A stretch of DNA of 64,000 bases from an uncultured Gemmataceae bacterium (GCA_963750165.1 CAVVPN010000012.1:224001-288000); one strand, 5' to 3'; numbered from the stretch's first letter, positions 17,310 through 27,563 are shown. Numbers and translations: made by a program. Notes: generated by a model not told the origin, from the letters alone.

Positions 17310-20177
17310 TTACTGCAGTTCGGACAGGGTCAGTTCATAGGCACCGAACTCGCCCGGGTTGCAACTGGTGGCGATCACCCGATAGGTGGCGGTGCGCGGC
17401 GGCGTGAACTCCAGGCGGGCGTTGGGGAAGCCGCCGCCGTCGTCGTCGAACGCCAGTTGCTGGCCCTTGTCGTCCTCAATGCGCAGGTACGGGTCCAGTT
17501 TGCCGCTCACCAGCTTCATGTCGAAGACGTACTTGCGGTTCGCCCCCATTTTTACCGGGTAGATATTCATCCGGGTGCCGGGCCGGATCTTCGAATCGAC
17601 TGGGGACTTCTGCGTCAGGTCGCCCTTGATCTGGAAGTGGACCTTGCCCTTCGCCACCTGAGGCGGTCCCTTCTTGGGCGGCGTGATGTTGGCGAGGTTG
17701 CCCGCTACGCGTGTCAGGAACACGTCGTAGGTCACCACCGCCTCGCCGCCGCCCAGCTCGGAAGTCACCTTGATCTGATAGTCCGACACGAAGCCGCGCT
17801 CCGTGTTGAACAGCACCCGGCCGCGCACCCGGCCGAAGGTTTGGCCCTGCTTCTTGGTGTCCCGGCCGCGCACCTCGCCCGTCAGGCTGATGACCGCCTC
17901 CGTGCCGGCGGCGCCCACCCGGCTGCCCTCGTAGGTGCAGACAAGTAGGATGTCCACGATTTCCTTCTTGGTGTCGGCGGCGATCAGCATCGGTTGCCGG
18001 GCCTTCCACTTCTCGCGCGGCTGCACTTCACGGTTGGGTACCGGGTAGCAGGTGGCCTCGTAGCCGTTGGCGATGCGGTTGTACATGTCCTCCACGTCCT
18101 CGCGCACGTTCGGCGGCAACTTCTTGAAGCTCGGGTCGCCGCGTTCCTTGAGGGCGCCGGCCGGGTCGGCGGCGTAGCTGGTGCTGAACACCTTGAGGTA
18201 TGGCACCAGTCGCGCTGGCATGGTCGCGCGCTTGCCTTCCACCTCGTAGGCCGCCTGGCAGTCGCCGACGTACACCCGCATGGCACCGCCGATCTTGTGC
18301 GTCGTGACCAGTTCCAGGGCCGTGACCTTCGTCGTGAGCACGAAGGCTTGCTGATCCTTGCCCCGCGCCAGCCGCACCTGCGAGGAAGTGTTCAGGGTCA
18401 GCGTGCGCTCCGGGGTGCCCTCGTACTTCTGCTTCAGCACCGCCGGCAGAGCCTCCAGCGGCGGCGCCGACGACGGCCGGTGTGGCACCACGACGGCCCA
18501 GTATTTATCGCCTGTCGTACTGGTCACCACAGGCTGAATGAACAGCACCTTGTTCGCCATCGGTGTGTACGGGACGGCCACCTTGCCGACGCCGCCCTCC
18601 AGGGTGACGGGGTAGGTCATCTTGCCGCCGTCGCCGGGCAGCGCGGCCGGCGGCCGATCCGCGGCGGGCCGGGCCGCGCCGCCGTCGCCGGTCCACACCT
18701 CGACGTGCATGGCGCGGATGCGCCGCAGCGGGTCCAGGCACACCAGTGTCACGGGCAGGTGGCGCTGCTTGTTCTCCAAAAAGGGCTCGCCGTGGAACGT
18801 CTCCTGAATGCGGCCCCGGGCGATCAGGCGGGCGAAGTCGCCAGGCACGGCGAAGTTGATCTGTGTGCCGCGGATGCCGGCGACGGCCACGCCGACCACC
18901 TCGCCGCGCGTGTTGACCACCGGGCCGCCGGAGTTGCCCGGGTGCATGCCGCCGTTGACCTGAATCTGGTTCAGGATGCCGTACTTGTCCGAGCGCAGCG
19001 AGGACACCGACGACTCCGCCACGGTGATGTTCTTGCCGAGCTGCGAGCCGAACGGGAAACCGAAGATGTAAACCTTTTGCAGTTCGTTCAGGTCGGCAGC
19101 GCTGACGACGGGCAGCGGCTCGGCCAGTTTGTCGGGCGGCCCCTCGACGCGGACGACGGCCAGATCGGTTTCGCGGTCCACGCCCAGAACGGCGCCCTTG
19201 AAGGTGACCTCGCCCGGCAGGCCGCTGCGGACAATCACCTCAATATTGTTGGGCGGCCGGCTGTCGGCCTGTAGCATCCCCAGGACGTGCGCGTTGGTGA
19301 CGACGACGCCCGGCTCCAGGCTGAAGAAGCCGGAGCCCTCGGAGATGCTGCCGGGTCGGGTGACGCGCAGCTGCACCGTCGCGTGCTTGATGCGCTGCAC
19401 GTCCTTCGGACTCAGCGTGGCCGGCAGCAGCAATTTTTCTTGCGGCCTGGTTTCGGGCGGGTCGGGCTGCTTGACCTCCACGGGGGGGGGTTGATTGATC
19501 TTGCCGTTATCCCCGTTGTTCTTGACCTCTTTCTTGTCTTCCTTCCGGTCTTCCCTCTTGTCTTCCTTCCGGTCTTCCGTCTTGTCTTCCTTTCTGTCCT
19601 CCTTTTTGTCTTCCTTCTTGATTTCCCGTTTGTCTTCCTTCTTGTTTTCCTTTTTGTCTTCCGTCTTGTCTTCTTTCCTGACCTCCTTGCCCTTGTCCTC
19701 CTGGTTCGCCGTATCGGTCGCGGCCGTTTGCGCGTCGGTGGTGCCGGGACGGAGGAAAAGGAACCACAGCGCGAGCAGGCCGCCGATGAAGCACACGGCA
19801 GCCGCGCCACCGGCGACGAGCAGCACGGGCAGCATGGAGCGTTGCGGCGCGGGCCTGGCCTGGCGGCGCGGCGGGGCGGCGCGCTCCTGCGGTGCGGGCG
19901 TGCGGGGCCTGGGCGCGGCGGCGGCCGGAGCCGGTTTGGGAGCGCCCGGTTTTACCGCTCGGCTGGGCGGCGTGGCAGCCGGGGCCGGCCTGGGGGCGAC
20001 CGGTTTTACCGTCTGGCTGGACCGCGCGGGCGGCGCGGGCGGCGCGGGCGGTGCGGCAGCCAGCCCGGGAACCTGGAAGGGTCGCAGGCACTTTTGACAG
20101 CGGAGCGTCTGGCCGCGGTGCTCGTCGGTCAGGGCGTAAACGTGCTGACAACCGGGACAAGCGATGCGAAAGCCCAT
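17310..20177 (-). CDS. membrane-anchored trypsin-like serine protease: Zn-ribbon, Pro-rich linker, TM, KED-rich repeat, S1C domain, C-terminal PPC-like domain
   Basis: CPGC..CQKC; TNAHV, DLAVV, HPGNSGGP triad; LDPYLRIED..LAFDDDGGG..NARL. Confidence 0.88.
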   Translation of the reverse strand: MGFRIACPGCQHVYALTDEHRGQTLRCQKCLRPFQVPGLAAAPPAPPAPPARSSQTVKPVAPRPAPAATPPSRAVKPGAPKPAPAAAAPRPRTPAPQERAAPPRRQARPAPQRSMLPVLLVAGGAAAVCFIGGLLALWFLFLRPGTTDAQTAATDTANQEDKGKEVRKEDKTEDKKENKKEDKREIKKEDKKEDRKEDKTEDRKEDKREDRKEDKKEVKNNGDNGKINQPPPVEVKQPDPPETRPQEKLLLPATLSPKDVQRIKHATVQLRVTRPGSISEGSGFFSLEPGVVVTNAHVLGMLQADSRPPNNIEVIVRSGLPGEVTFKGAVLGVDRETDLAVVRVEGPPDKLAEPLPVVSAADLNELQKVYIFGFPFGSQLGKNITVAESSVSSLRSDKYGILNQIQVNGGMHPGNSGGPVVNTRGEVVGVAVAGIRGTQINFAVPGDFARLIARGRIQETFHGEPFLENKQRHLPVTLVCLDPLRRIRAMHVEVWTGDGGAARPAADRPPAALPGDGGKMTYPVTLEGGVGKVAVPYTPMANKVLFIQPVVTSTTGDKYWAVVVPHRPSSAPPLEALPAVLKQKYEGTPERTLTLNTSSQVRLARGKDQQAFVLTTKVTALELVTTHKIGGAMRVYVGDCQAAYEVEGKRATMPARLVPYLKVFSTSYAADPAGALKERGDPSFKKLPPNVREDVEDMYNRIANGYEATCYPVPNREVQPREKWKARQPMLIAADTKKEIVDILLVCTYEGSRVGAAGTEAVISLTGEVRGRDTKKQGQTFGRVRGRVLFNTERGFVSDYQIKVTSELGGGEAVVTYDVFLTRVAGNLANITPPKKGPPQVAKGKVHFQIKGDLTQKSPVDSKIRPGTRMNIYPVKMGANRKYVFDMKLVSGKLDPYLRIEDDKGQQLAFDDDGGGFPNARLEFTPPRTATYRVIATSCNPGEFGAYELTLSELQ

Positions 20178-20397
20178 GAGCGTTCTCCTTGCAACAGGTC
20201 GGGGCGGGGCGATTCGGCAGGCCGCACAACCTCGGGTTGAGTCGGGTGAAGGTGGAGAGTTGTAAATAGGTTACCGCGTCTTGCCGGGACTGCAAGCAAA
20301 AACTGCCGCCCTGTTCTGGGCCGGTGAGCGTGACCCGCGCCAGCCCTGCTGTCCAGGCCCTTGCCGGATCGGGCCGCCGCCATACACCATAACCCCT

Positions 20398-20534
20398 GTG
20401 CAGCCAAATCCCGCACCGCCCGGCGCGGGAACGGGGGAACCAGCGAGCCGGTTGTTTCCGGCTCCGGGCGCAGGCCGTCCATCAGCCAGGGTACTTTCAA
20501 ACCCCAGCCCGTCAGCTAACCCCGTCGGCCGGCC
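20398..20534 (+). ncRNA. cyclic di-AMP (ydaO/yuaA-type) riboswitch
   Basis: GCCAAATCCCGC..GCGGGAACGGGGGAACCA ... GGGT..CCCAGCCCGTCAGCTAACCCCGTCGGC; hallmark blocks in the right order, about 100 nt upstream of an APC permease. Confidence 0.82.
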
Positions 20535-20632
20535 CGGGCAACGCCGCTTCGGGCCCCTTGAAAGGGCGCCACGTTTCCTGCACCAACGCCGTGCCCACTC
20601 CCTTTGGGAACACTTCTTCCCCGGTAGCTTCC

Positions 20633-23401
20633 ATGACTCCTATTGATGGGCCTGTCTCCGCGTCCCCAGTGGGGAAGGTGGGCCGCGCCGCCCAGGTCAT
20701 CGTCGTCAGCAGTGTGATGTTCACCTTCATCTCGTACTGGCGCACCGCCGCGGTGGTCCTGTGCGATTTGGCCAGCACTGCCTACTACATCGGCGGCGTC
20801 GTCGAATCAAGCATCGGCCCGGCCGCGCCCTGGTTCATCCTCGCTGTCATGTTCTTCAGTTACGCTGTCCGTTCCGTCTACATCGAAAGCTGTTCAATGT
20901 TCGTGCGCGGCGGCGTTTATCGAGTGGTCAAGGAGGCGATGGGCGGCTTTTTGGCCAAGCTGTCCGTGTCCGCCTTGATGTTCGATTACATCCTGACCGG
21001 CCCCACCAGCGGCGTCTCGGCCGGGCAATACATCATGGGACTGGCGTTCCAGTTTATCAAGATTTCCAACGAGAGCTTTTACATAAGCCTCGGCCTGGAT
21101 AATGATGCGATTCGCAAACCGGTGGGCGACTGGGGGGCCGTCCTGCTCGCCTGCGCCGTAACGATTTACTTCTTCCGCCAGAACCTCCGCGGCATCCACG
21201 AGTCCAGCGACAAGGCCATGAAGATCATGATCGCCACCACCATCATGGCGGTCATCATGATCGGCTGGTGTCTCATCACGCTGGCGGTCAACGGGCCGGC
21301 TAACGACATCTTTCGCATGCCCGATCTCGACAAAAAGTATGAATTGGAAACCGTCAAGGTGACCGAAGCGGAAAAGGCCAGATACGGCGATGTGGAAGAC
21401 CGGTGGGTCAAGGGGCCGGACGGGAAACTGATTCCGAAACTGGACGAGCAGGGCAACCCCATTTCGAAAAGAAGCGTGGCGCTGGAAAAGGTGGGCGTCG
21501 ATGAGCAGGAGGACCCGCTCGGCTTTCTGGGTCGGATGTTCCCGGCGGGGGCGTTGACCAATCTGCGGCACCCGCACGGTTGGCTGGGGCTTATTGGCGT
21601 CATTGGTCTGATGATCGCGTTCGGCCATTCGATTCTGGCGATGAGTGGCGAGGAGACGCTGGCTCAGGTGTACCGCGAAGTTGAGTCGCCGAAGATGCCC
21701 AACTTCAAGCGGGCAGCGTTCATCGTCTTTGTCTACAGTTTGGTGCTGACCGGCGGCATGAGCTTTTTGGCCGTGCTGTTGATTCCCGACGAGGTGCGAA
21801 TGAAGTTCTACGACCAGAACCTGATTGGCGGCCTGGCCCGGTACGTGCTGGGGCCGCCGCAGGTCAAGCTGGCGCTGGAAACGTTCGTGGTAGTGATCGG
21901 CTTTTTGATCCTGTCGGGGGCGGTGAACACGGCGATCATCGGCAGCAACGGCGTGCTCAACCGCGTGGCCGAGGACGGCGTCTTGCCCGACTGGTTCCTG
22001 AAGCCGCACCCGAAGTACGGCACGACCTATCGGCTGCTGTACCTCATATTGGGGTTGCAGTTATCGGTCATTCTTTTCAGCGGCGGCGACATGATCTTGC
22101 TGGGAGAGGCGTACGCCTTCGGCGTGGTCTGGAGTTTCGTCTTCAACGCCGCGGCGATGGTGGTGCTGCGCTTCAAGGACCGGACGCCGCGCGTGTACAA
22201 GGTGCCGTTCAATTTCAAGATCGGTTCGATTGAGGTTCCGTTTGGCCTGTTGATGATTTTCCTGATCCTGCTGACCACGGCGCTGCTGAACTTCTTCACC
22301 AAGGAAGTGGCGACGGTCGGCGGCCTTGGTTTCACATTGATGTTCCTGACTGTGTTCCTGGTTTCAGATCATTATCACGAGAAGCGTCTGCAGGGCAAGC
22401 CCCATGAGCATCTCGAACAGTTCAATCAGACCATCGCTGGCGAAGTGACCCCGGAAACCCTGGGGTTGACCAAACCGTATCGCAAACTGGTAGCCATCCG
22501 CTCACCGCAAAACCTGTTCATGCTGGAGAAGGCTCTGTCGGAGACGGACCCGAATACCACCGAGGTGGTCGTCATGACCGCCAAGACGGTCCCTCCGGGC
22601 GAACCGGACGCCCGCGGTCCCGCCGACGCTGCCACCCTGGACACTTACGACCAGAATCTGATGACGGCCGTGGTCAATCGGGCGGAGCACGCCGGCAAGC
22701 AGATCAAGCCGCTCATCGTACCGACCAACAACCCGCTGCACGCCGTACTGCGCACCGCCAAGGACCTGGGCGTGCAGGAGTTGATATTGGGGGCGTCCAA
22801 CAAGTTCAGCGCCGAGGAGCAACTGGATCAGGTCGCGTTTTACTGGATTCATCTGAACGACGGTGAACAAAAGCCGTTGACGGTGCGCATCCTGAGCCGC
22901 AACCGCGACGTGTCTTTCGATCTGGGTGGCGGCAACCGTATCCCGCGGATCAGCGAACGGCAGGCGCGGTCGGTGGCGGACCTGCGCGCCGCGGGCGTGG
23001 GCGTGAACCGCGTGCTGCTGGCCCATGACGGCAGCCAGGCGAGCCATGATGTGTTCCAGTCGGTGCTGACGATGCTTGACCCGCAAGTAACGCTGGACCT
23101 GGTGGTCACGATGGCCCCCGGAAAGGAAACGGGCAACGGTGGGGCACTCAAGCAGGACCAGGAACTGGCCAGTCACCTCGGAAGAGAATTGCACGTGGAG
23201 CGTCTGGAGGGCGACTGGGGCCCACGGTTGGTGCAGCTGGTCAAGGAACGCCATTACGATCTCATCATTTTGCCGCTGCCGGACCAACGGCCGGCTCAGG
23301 GGAACTGGTGGCGCGACTGGGAGAATCATGTGCTGAATCACGCGCCCTGTCAGGTGGCGTTCGTGGCCCGGCCGGGAATCCCGCAGCACGTGGAAGAGTA
23401 G
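20633..23401 (+). CDS. APC-superfamily permease with two C-terminal USP-like domains (KimA/YdaO-like candidate)
   Basis: About 12 hydrophobic segments, GGVYRVVKEAMG, MSGEETLAQ; C-terminal VLLAHDGSQAS and HVLNHAPCQV. Start codon uncertain. Confidence 0.85.
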   Translation: MTPIDGPVSASPVGKVGRAAQVIVVSSVMFTFISYWRTAAVVLCDLASTAYYIGGVVESSIGPAAPWFILAVMFFSYAVRSVYIESCSMFVRGGVYRVVKEAMGGFLAKLSVSALMFDYILTGPTSGVSAGQYIMGLAFQFIKISNESFYISLGLDNDAIRKPVGDWGAVLLACAVTIYFFRQNLRGIHESSDKAMKIMIATTIMAVIMIGWCLITLAVNGPANDIFRMPDLDKKYELETVKVTEAEKARYGDVEDRWVKGPDGKLIPKLDEQGNPISKRSVALEKVGVDEQEDPLGFLGRMFPAGALTNLRHPHGWLGLIGVIGLMIAFGHSILAMSGEETLAQVYREVESPKMPNFKRAAFIVFVYSLVLTGGMSFLAVLLIPDEVRMKFYDQNLIGGLARYVLGPPQVKLALETFVVVIGFLILSGAVNTAIIGSNGVLNRVAEDGVLPDWFLKPHPKYGTTYRLLYLILGLQLSVILFSGGDMILLGEAYAFGVVWSFVFNAAAMVVLRFKDRTPRVYKVPFNFKIGSIEVPFGLLMIFLILLTTALLNFFTKEVATVGGLGFTLMFLTVFLVSDHYHEKRLQGKPHEHLEQFNQTIAGEVTPETLGLTKPYRKLVAIRSPQNLFMLEKALSETDPNTTEVVVMTAKTVPPGEPDARGPADAATLDTYDQNLMTAVVNRAEHAGKQIKPLIVPTNNPLHAVLRTAKDLGVQELILGASNKFSAEEQLDQVAFYWIHLNDGEQKPLTVRILSRNRDVSFDLGGGNRIPRISERQARSVADLRAAGVGVNRVLLAHDGSQASHDVFQSVLTMLDPQVTLDLVVTMAPGKETGNGGALKQDQELASHLGRELHVERLEGDWGPRLVQLVKERHYDLIILPLPDQRPAQGNWWRDWENHVLNHAPCQVAFVARPGIPQHVEE

Positions 23402-23440
23402 CGGTCGCCGCCGACTTGCTTTCGCAACAACGATGACTCG

Positions 23441-23520
23441 TCCGAGCCGCGCACGGAGCGTACTCGCGGAATAAGCGGCCGCCCGCTTACTCCGCGAGTG
23501 CGCTCCGTGCGCGGCTCGGA
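23441..23520. repeat. long palindrome (38-bp arms, TCCGAGCC termini) between convergent genes
   Basis: Two mismatches, 4-nt loop; termini shared with 39860-39920. Confidence 0.88.
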
Positions 23521-23558
23521 GGCTGAACGCGCAAAGCCGCCAGCGGCAGAAAAACGGG

Positions 23559-24308
23559 TCACTCCTTCTCCATCGCCGCGACCAACTCGTCGGTGACGTG
23601 CAGACTCGAATACGCATTCTGCACGTCGTCATGGTCTTCCAGCGTTTCCATGAGCCGCATCACCTTCCTGCCGGTTTCCACGTCCACCGTGGCCGGCACC
23701 CTGGCGACCTGCGCCACTTCCGCGTGGGTCGGCGTCAGGTTGGCCGCCTTCAGCGCCTCCTGCACCTTGTTGAAGTGGACCGCGTCGCAGGTGATCTCGA
23801 ACTGATCGCCGTTGCGCTTCAGGTCGTCGGCGCCCGCGTCCAGGACGACGCCCATGAGCGTGTCCTCATCGACGCCGGCCGGCACCGCGAACAGGCCCTT
23901 GCGCTCGAACTGGTTGGCGGCGGCGCCAACGGTGGCCATCTTGCCGCCGCAGCGCTCGAAGATCTTGCGGACCTCGCCGTTGGTGCGGTTGCGGTTGTCG
24001 GTCAGCACGTCCACCAGCACCGCGACGCCGCCGGGACCGTAGCCCTCGTACGTGATCTCCTCGAAGACCACGCCCTCCATCTCGCCGGTGCCGCGCTTGA
24101 TGGCGCGCTCGATGTTGTCCTTGGGCATGCTGACCTCACGCGCCTTGTCGATGGCGTAGCGCAGCTTGAGGTTCATGGTGGGGTCGCCGCCGCCGTTGCG
24201 CGCCGCGATGATGATGGCCCGGCTCAACTTGCTCCAAAGCTTGCCGCGCTTGGCGTCAATGGCCCCTTTCTTGTGCTTGATCGTCGCCCAGTGGGAATGG
24301 CCTGACAT
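23559..24308 (-). CDS. yebC: YebC/PmpR family protein
   Basis: MSGHSHWATIKHKK, MPKDNIERAI, YEGYGPGG, TDNRNRT, DDVQN. Confidence 0.96.
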   Translation of the reverse strand: MSGHSHWATIKHKKGAIDAKRGKLWSKLSRAIIIAARNGGGDPTMNLKLRYAIDKAREVSMPKDNIERAIKRGTGEMEGVVFEEITYEGYGPGGVAVLVDVLTDNRNRTNGEVRKIFERCGGKMATVGAAANQFERKGLFAVPAGVDEDTLMGVVLDAGADDLKRNGDQFEITCDAVHFNKVQEALKAANLTPTHAEVAQVARVPATVDVETGRKVMRLMETLEDHDDVQNAYSSLHVTDELVAAMEKE

Positions 24309-24400
24309 GACTCCTCCTTTGCCGCAGCGAAGCGCAGCGCGCCCGCGGCCCGGCGCAACACCCCGGCCGCCGCCCGGCGGGCCGCCCTTCATCGAGATGG

Positions 24401-26635
24401 TTATTCGTTCCCCTGGCCCTTCAACTTCTTTTGCAGTTCGCGGTAACGCTCATCCATTTTACGCCCCTGACCCGGCCCGTAAAAGTGCAGTGCCCGTTGC
24501 CAGGCCGTCCGCCCCTGCGCCGCCAGCCCCAGTCGCTGGTAGGCGTCGCCGAGGTGGTCCCAGATCACGGGGTCGTCGCTGTCGGGCAGGGCCGTCGCTC
24601 GCTCCAGTTCCCGGCGCGCCGCCTCGAACTGGCCGCGGCGATACAGCACCCAGCCCAAACTATCAATATACGCGGCGTTGTCCTGAATTTCCTCCGTCGC
24701 CGTCACCGCGAAGGGCACATTCACCTTTTTCTGCTGCCGATCCAGCGCGATCGCTTTGCGGATCATCGCCTCGGCCTCCTCCAACCGCTTATTCTGGTCC
24801 GCCCACAGATAGCCCAGGTCGTTGTTGACCGTGGCGTTGTTCGGGTCCAGTTTCAGGCACTGCTCCAGTTCGGCCTCGGCCTTCGCCTGCCAGCCCGCCG
24901 TGCTGTAGACGTTGGACAGCAGATAATGCAGTTCCTGCACGTCGCCGGGCAGGGTTGCCTCCTTGAGCAATGCCAGGCACTCCTTCTCCGCGAGGGTGAA
25001 CCGACCCCCCTGGGCCAGCAGGCGGACGCGCAGCATACGCAGCTTTGGCCGCTCCAGCGCGGTTGCGTCCTTCGCCGCCAGATCCACCTCCGTCAGCGCC
25101 TCATCGACGCGGTCGAGCAGCCCCAGCGCCCGCGCCAGCTCGGAGCGGAACACGACCGCCTGCGGCGCCTTCGGCTCCTCCAGTGCCTTGCGGCACACGT
25201 CCGCCACACCGACGTACTTGTGCGTTTTCCACAGCAGCCGCAGGAAGCCGGCCTGAACCACGAGGCGGCCGTTGGACTCGCCCGGCTGGGCCAGGCAGCG
25301 GCGGAAGAAGTGCTCCGCTTCGTCCGACATCCGCTGCGCCTCGGCCAGCAGTGCCAGGAAGTGCAGCGTCTCGCCCTGCAACTCCTTCTCGCGCGGCGCC
25401 AGCGCGGACTTCACCAGTTCGCGGCTCAGGTCGTTGTCGCTGCGGAAGGCGGCGACCAGGGTGCGGGCCAGCGTCGCGACCTGATCTGGCCGCTCACGGC
25501 CCTGCGTTAGCCGGGCATCCACCAGGGCCAGCGCTCGCGCCATGCCCGGCTGACCCATGTCCTTGTACAGCGTGAACAGCCCCTGATAGACGTTGGTGCT
25601 CGGGGACTCCTCCAGCAGCGTCAGGTAAATCTTCTCCGCCGGCGCGGTCTGACCGGCGACGGCGTACTGGCGGGCCAGCAGCAGACGCAGCCCCAGGTTG
25701 AACCGGTCCAGGCCGGACGCCTTCTGCAGCCACGGCAGCACTTCCGCGTCGCGTTTCTGCTTGCGTAGCAGCTTGATCTTCAGCTCATACGCCTCGGTGC
25801 CCTGCGGCAGCAGACGCAGATAGTTGTCCAGGTAGCCGAGGGCGTCGTCCACACGGTCGATCTCCAGGCACACCTGGGCGAGGTGGTAGTTGAGGCGGCC
25901 GGCGCCGTCGGGGTTCTTGCCCTGGGCCTTCTTGAACGCGGCGATGGCCGGCTCGTACTGCTTCAGTTGCAAATGACCACGGCCGATGCGCTCGTAGATT
26001 TCTGCGGCCCGAATGCGGATTTCCTGGCGGGTGGCGGCGCTCACGTCGGTCACGGTGTCCATCGTTTCCAGCAGGGCGGCGGCGCGGGTGAACGCCGCCA
26101 CGGACCCGGCCACGTCGCCGGTGTGCTCGTAGATGACGCCTAAATCCTGGTGCATTTGCTCGCACAGTTCGGGGTGCTCCTGAATGCCGGCGCAGTCCAG
26201 GCCGCGCTGCAGCGCCGCCGCGGCCTCCTTCAGCCGGTCCTGGGCACGGAGCTGGCGGGCGTAAAAGAACCAGGTTTGATAGTCCTGCGGATCGAGGCTC
26301 AGGACCATGCGCGTCGCGGTCTGGGCCTCGGCCGGGCGCTCCAGGGCGATGTACAGGACGATGAGGCTGCGGTACACCGCCGGCGCGTCCGGGTTCAGTT
26401 TCGCTGACTTTTCCAACGCTTGCAGTGCCTCGATCAGCCGATCCTCGCGTTCGCAGAGCAGGCCGTGGACGTACAGGTGCAGGGCCTCACGGCGGTCGCG
26501 GTCCTTGTCGGAGGCGGGCTGGGCGGGCAGGACGGCGGGCTCGTCCTCGGGCGGCTGGCGGTGCTGGGCGCGGGCGGCGGCCGGCACGGCAGCGAGAACG
26601 ATCAGAAGCAGCACGGTTCGAGCAACCTGGGGCAT
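24401..26635 (-). CDS. exported tetratricopeptide repeat protein
   Basis: Signal peptide, many TPRs, NDLGYLWAD, YIDSLGWVLY, IWDHLGDAY. Confidence 0.9.
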   Translation of the reverse strand: MPQVARTVLLLIVLAAVPAAARAQHRQPPEDEPAVLPAQPASDKDRDRREALHLYVHGLLCEREDRLIEALQALEKSAKLNPDAPAVYRSLIVLYIALERPAEAQTATRMVLSLDPQDYQTWFFYARQLRAQDRLKEAAAALQRGLDCAGIQEHPELCEQMHQDLGVIYEHTGDVAGSVAAFTRAAALLETMDTVTDVSAATRQEIRIRAAEIYERIGRGHLQLKQYEPAIAAFKKAQGKNPDGAGRLNYHLAQVCLEIDRVDDALGYLDNYLRLLPQGTEAYELKIKLLRKQKRDAEVLPWLQKASGLDRFNLGLRLLLARQYAVAGQTAPAEKIYLTLLEESPSTNVYQGLFTLYKDMGQPGMARALALVDARLTQGRERPDQVATLARTLVAAFRSDNDLSRELVKSALAPREKELQGETLHFLALLAEAQRMSDEAEHFFRRCLAQPGESNGRLVVQAGFLRLLWKTHKYVGVADVCRKALEEPKAPQAVVFRSELARALGLLDRVDEALTEVDLAAKDATALERPKLRMLRVRLLAQGGRFTLAEKECLALLKEATLPGDVQELHYLLSNVYSTAGWQAKAEAELEQCLKLDPNNATVNNDLGYLWADQNKRLEEAEAMIRKAIALDRQQKKVNVPFAVTATEEIQDNAAYIDSLGWVLYRRGQFEAARRELERATALPDSDDPVIWDHLGDAYQRLGLAAQGRTAWQRALHFYGPGQGRKMDERYRELQKKLKGQGNE

Positions 26636-26754
26636 TTCCGAATCCCTCTTTAGCTCGCGGGCGGGGAACGGCGGCCGCGGCACTCCGGTCCACGGCGATT
26701 GGCGGCGGAGTGTAACCAAAAATGGGATTTTGCCAAGACGGCATTCATCAAAGA

Positions 26755-26857
26755 GGATTCACCACAAAGACACAAAGAGCACAAAGTAAAGATAGAAGAA
26801 TTAAATAATCATTCTTCTGTCTTTTCTTTGTGCTCTTTGTGTCTTTGTGGTGAATCC
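26755..26857. repeat. inverted repeat with 32-bp perfect arms (CACAAAG units) and AT-rich core
   Basis: GGATTCACCACAAAGACACAAAGAGCACAAAG and its reverse complement; related to 43985-44118. Confidence 0.9.
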
Positions 26858-26858
26858 G

Positions 26859-27563
26859 CTATTTAGCGCGGCTTGCCCCGGCCAGCGCGGTGCCGCCCTG
26901 GACGCTGGCGAACTGACAGGCCCCGGCCATCGGACAGCCCGGACACGCCGGGTCCGCCTCGTAGCAATACTCCTCGGCCAGTTCGCTCACCAGGTCGTTG
27001 AACTGAACGCCGCGGGCCTTGGGCACCTGATGTTCCAGGCTGGCCCGCAGCACTTCGGGGTCCTGTTCCTCGTTCTCGATCACGCCCAGCCGGCCCAGAC
27101 AGCGCAGCGTCGGCGCGTCCACCGGGATGGCGTGGCCGCCCAGGCTCTGCTGGATCACCCAGGCCACCGAGTAATCGTTGGCCGCCTGGTAGCGCTGCAG
27201 TTGCTTGGCCGCCTGTTTCAGCCCTTTCTTGTGCAGGCTCTCCAGGTCAAACGAAAAGGTCGTTTCAAAGACTTCTTGCAGAAATTCAATGATGCGCTGG
27301 GCGCGGGTCTCGGCGTTGGGCAGGCTCTGCAGGGCGTCGGCCAGCTCGCGGGCGGAGCTGACCCGAACCTCATTCCAGTCGAAAAACTGTTCGCGGAGGC
27401 CGCGGTAAGCGCGGTCCGCCTGTTCACGCGTCACGCCCTCGCGGCACAGCGCGTACAGGAACTGTTCCAGCACCGGCCGCGGCTCCTCCTCGTCGGCCCT
27501 GTTCTTCACCGCGGTGGAGAACAGCTGGGTGAACACTTTCTGCTTGTTGATGATGGTCGGCAT
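26859..27563 (-). CDS. endonuclease III-like (HhH-GPD superfamily) Fe-S protein, degenerate
   Basis: FFDWNEVRVS, AIPVD, C-X6-C-X2-C-X5-C (CYEADPACPGCPMAGAC). Confidence 0.8.
   Translation of the reverse strand: MPTIINKQKVFTQLFSTAVKNRADEEEPRPVLEQFLYALCREGVTREQADRAYRGLREQFFDWNEVRVSSARELADALQSLPNAETRAQRIIEFLQEVFETTFSFDLESLHKKGLKQAAKQLQRYQAANDYSVAWVIQQSLGGHAIPVDAPTLRCLGRLGVIENEEQDPEVLRASLEHQVPKARGVQFNDLVSELAEEYCYEADPACPGCPMAGACQFASVQGGTALAGASRAK

Noticed and set aside
19530..19700. 12-bp tandem repeats as a non-coding element
   Set aside because: They encode the KED-rich linker of the protease.
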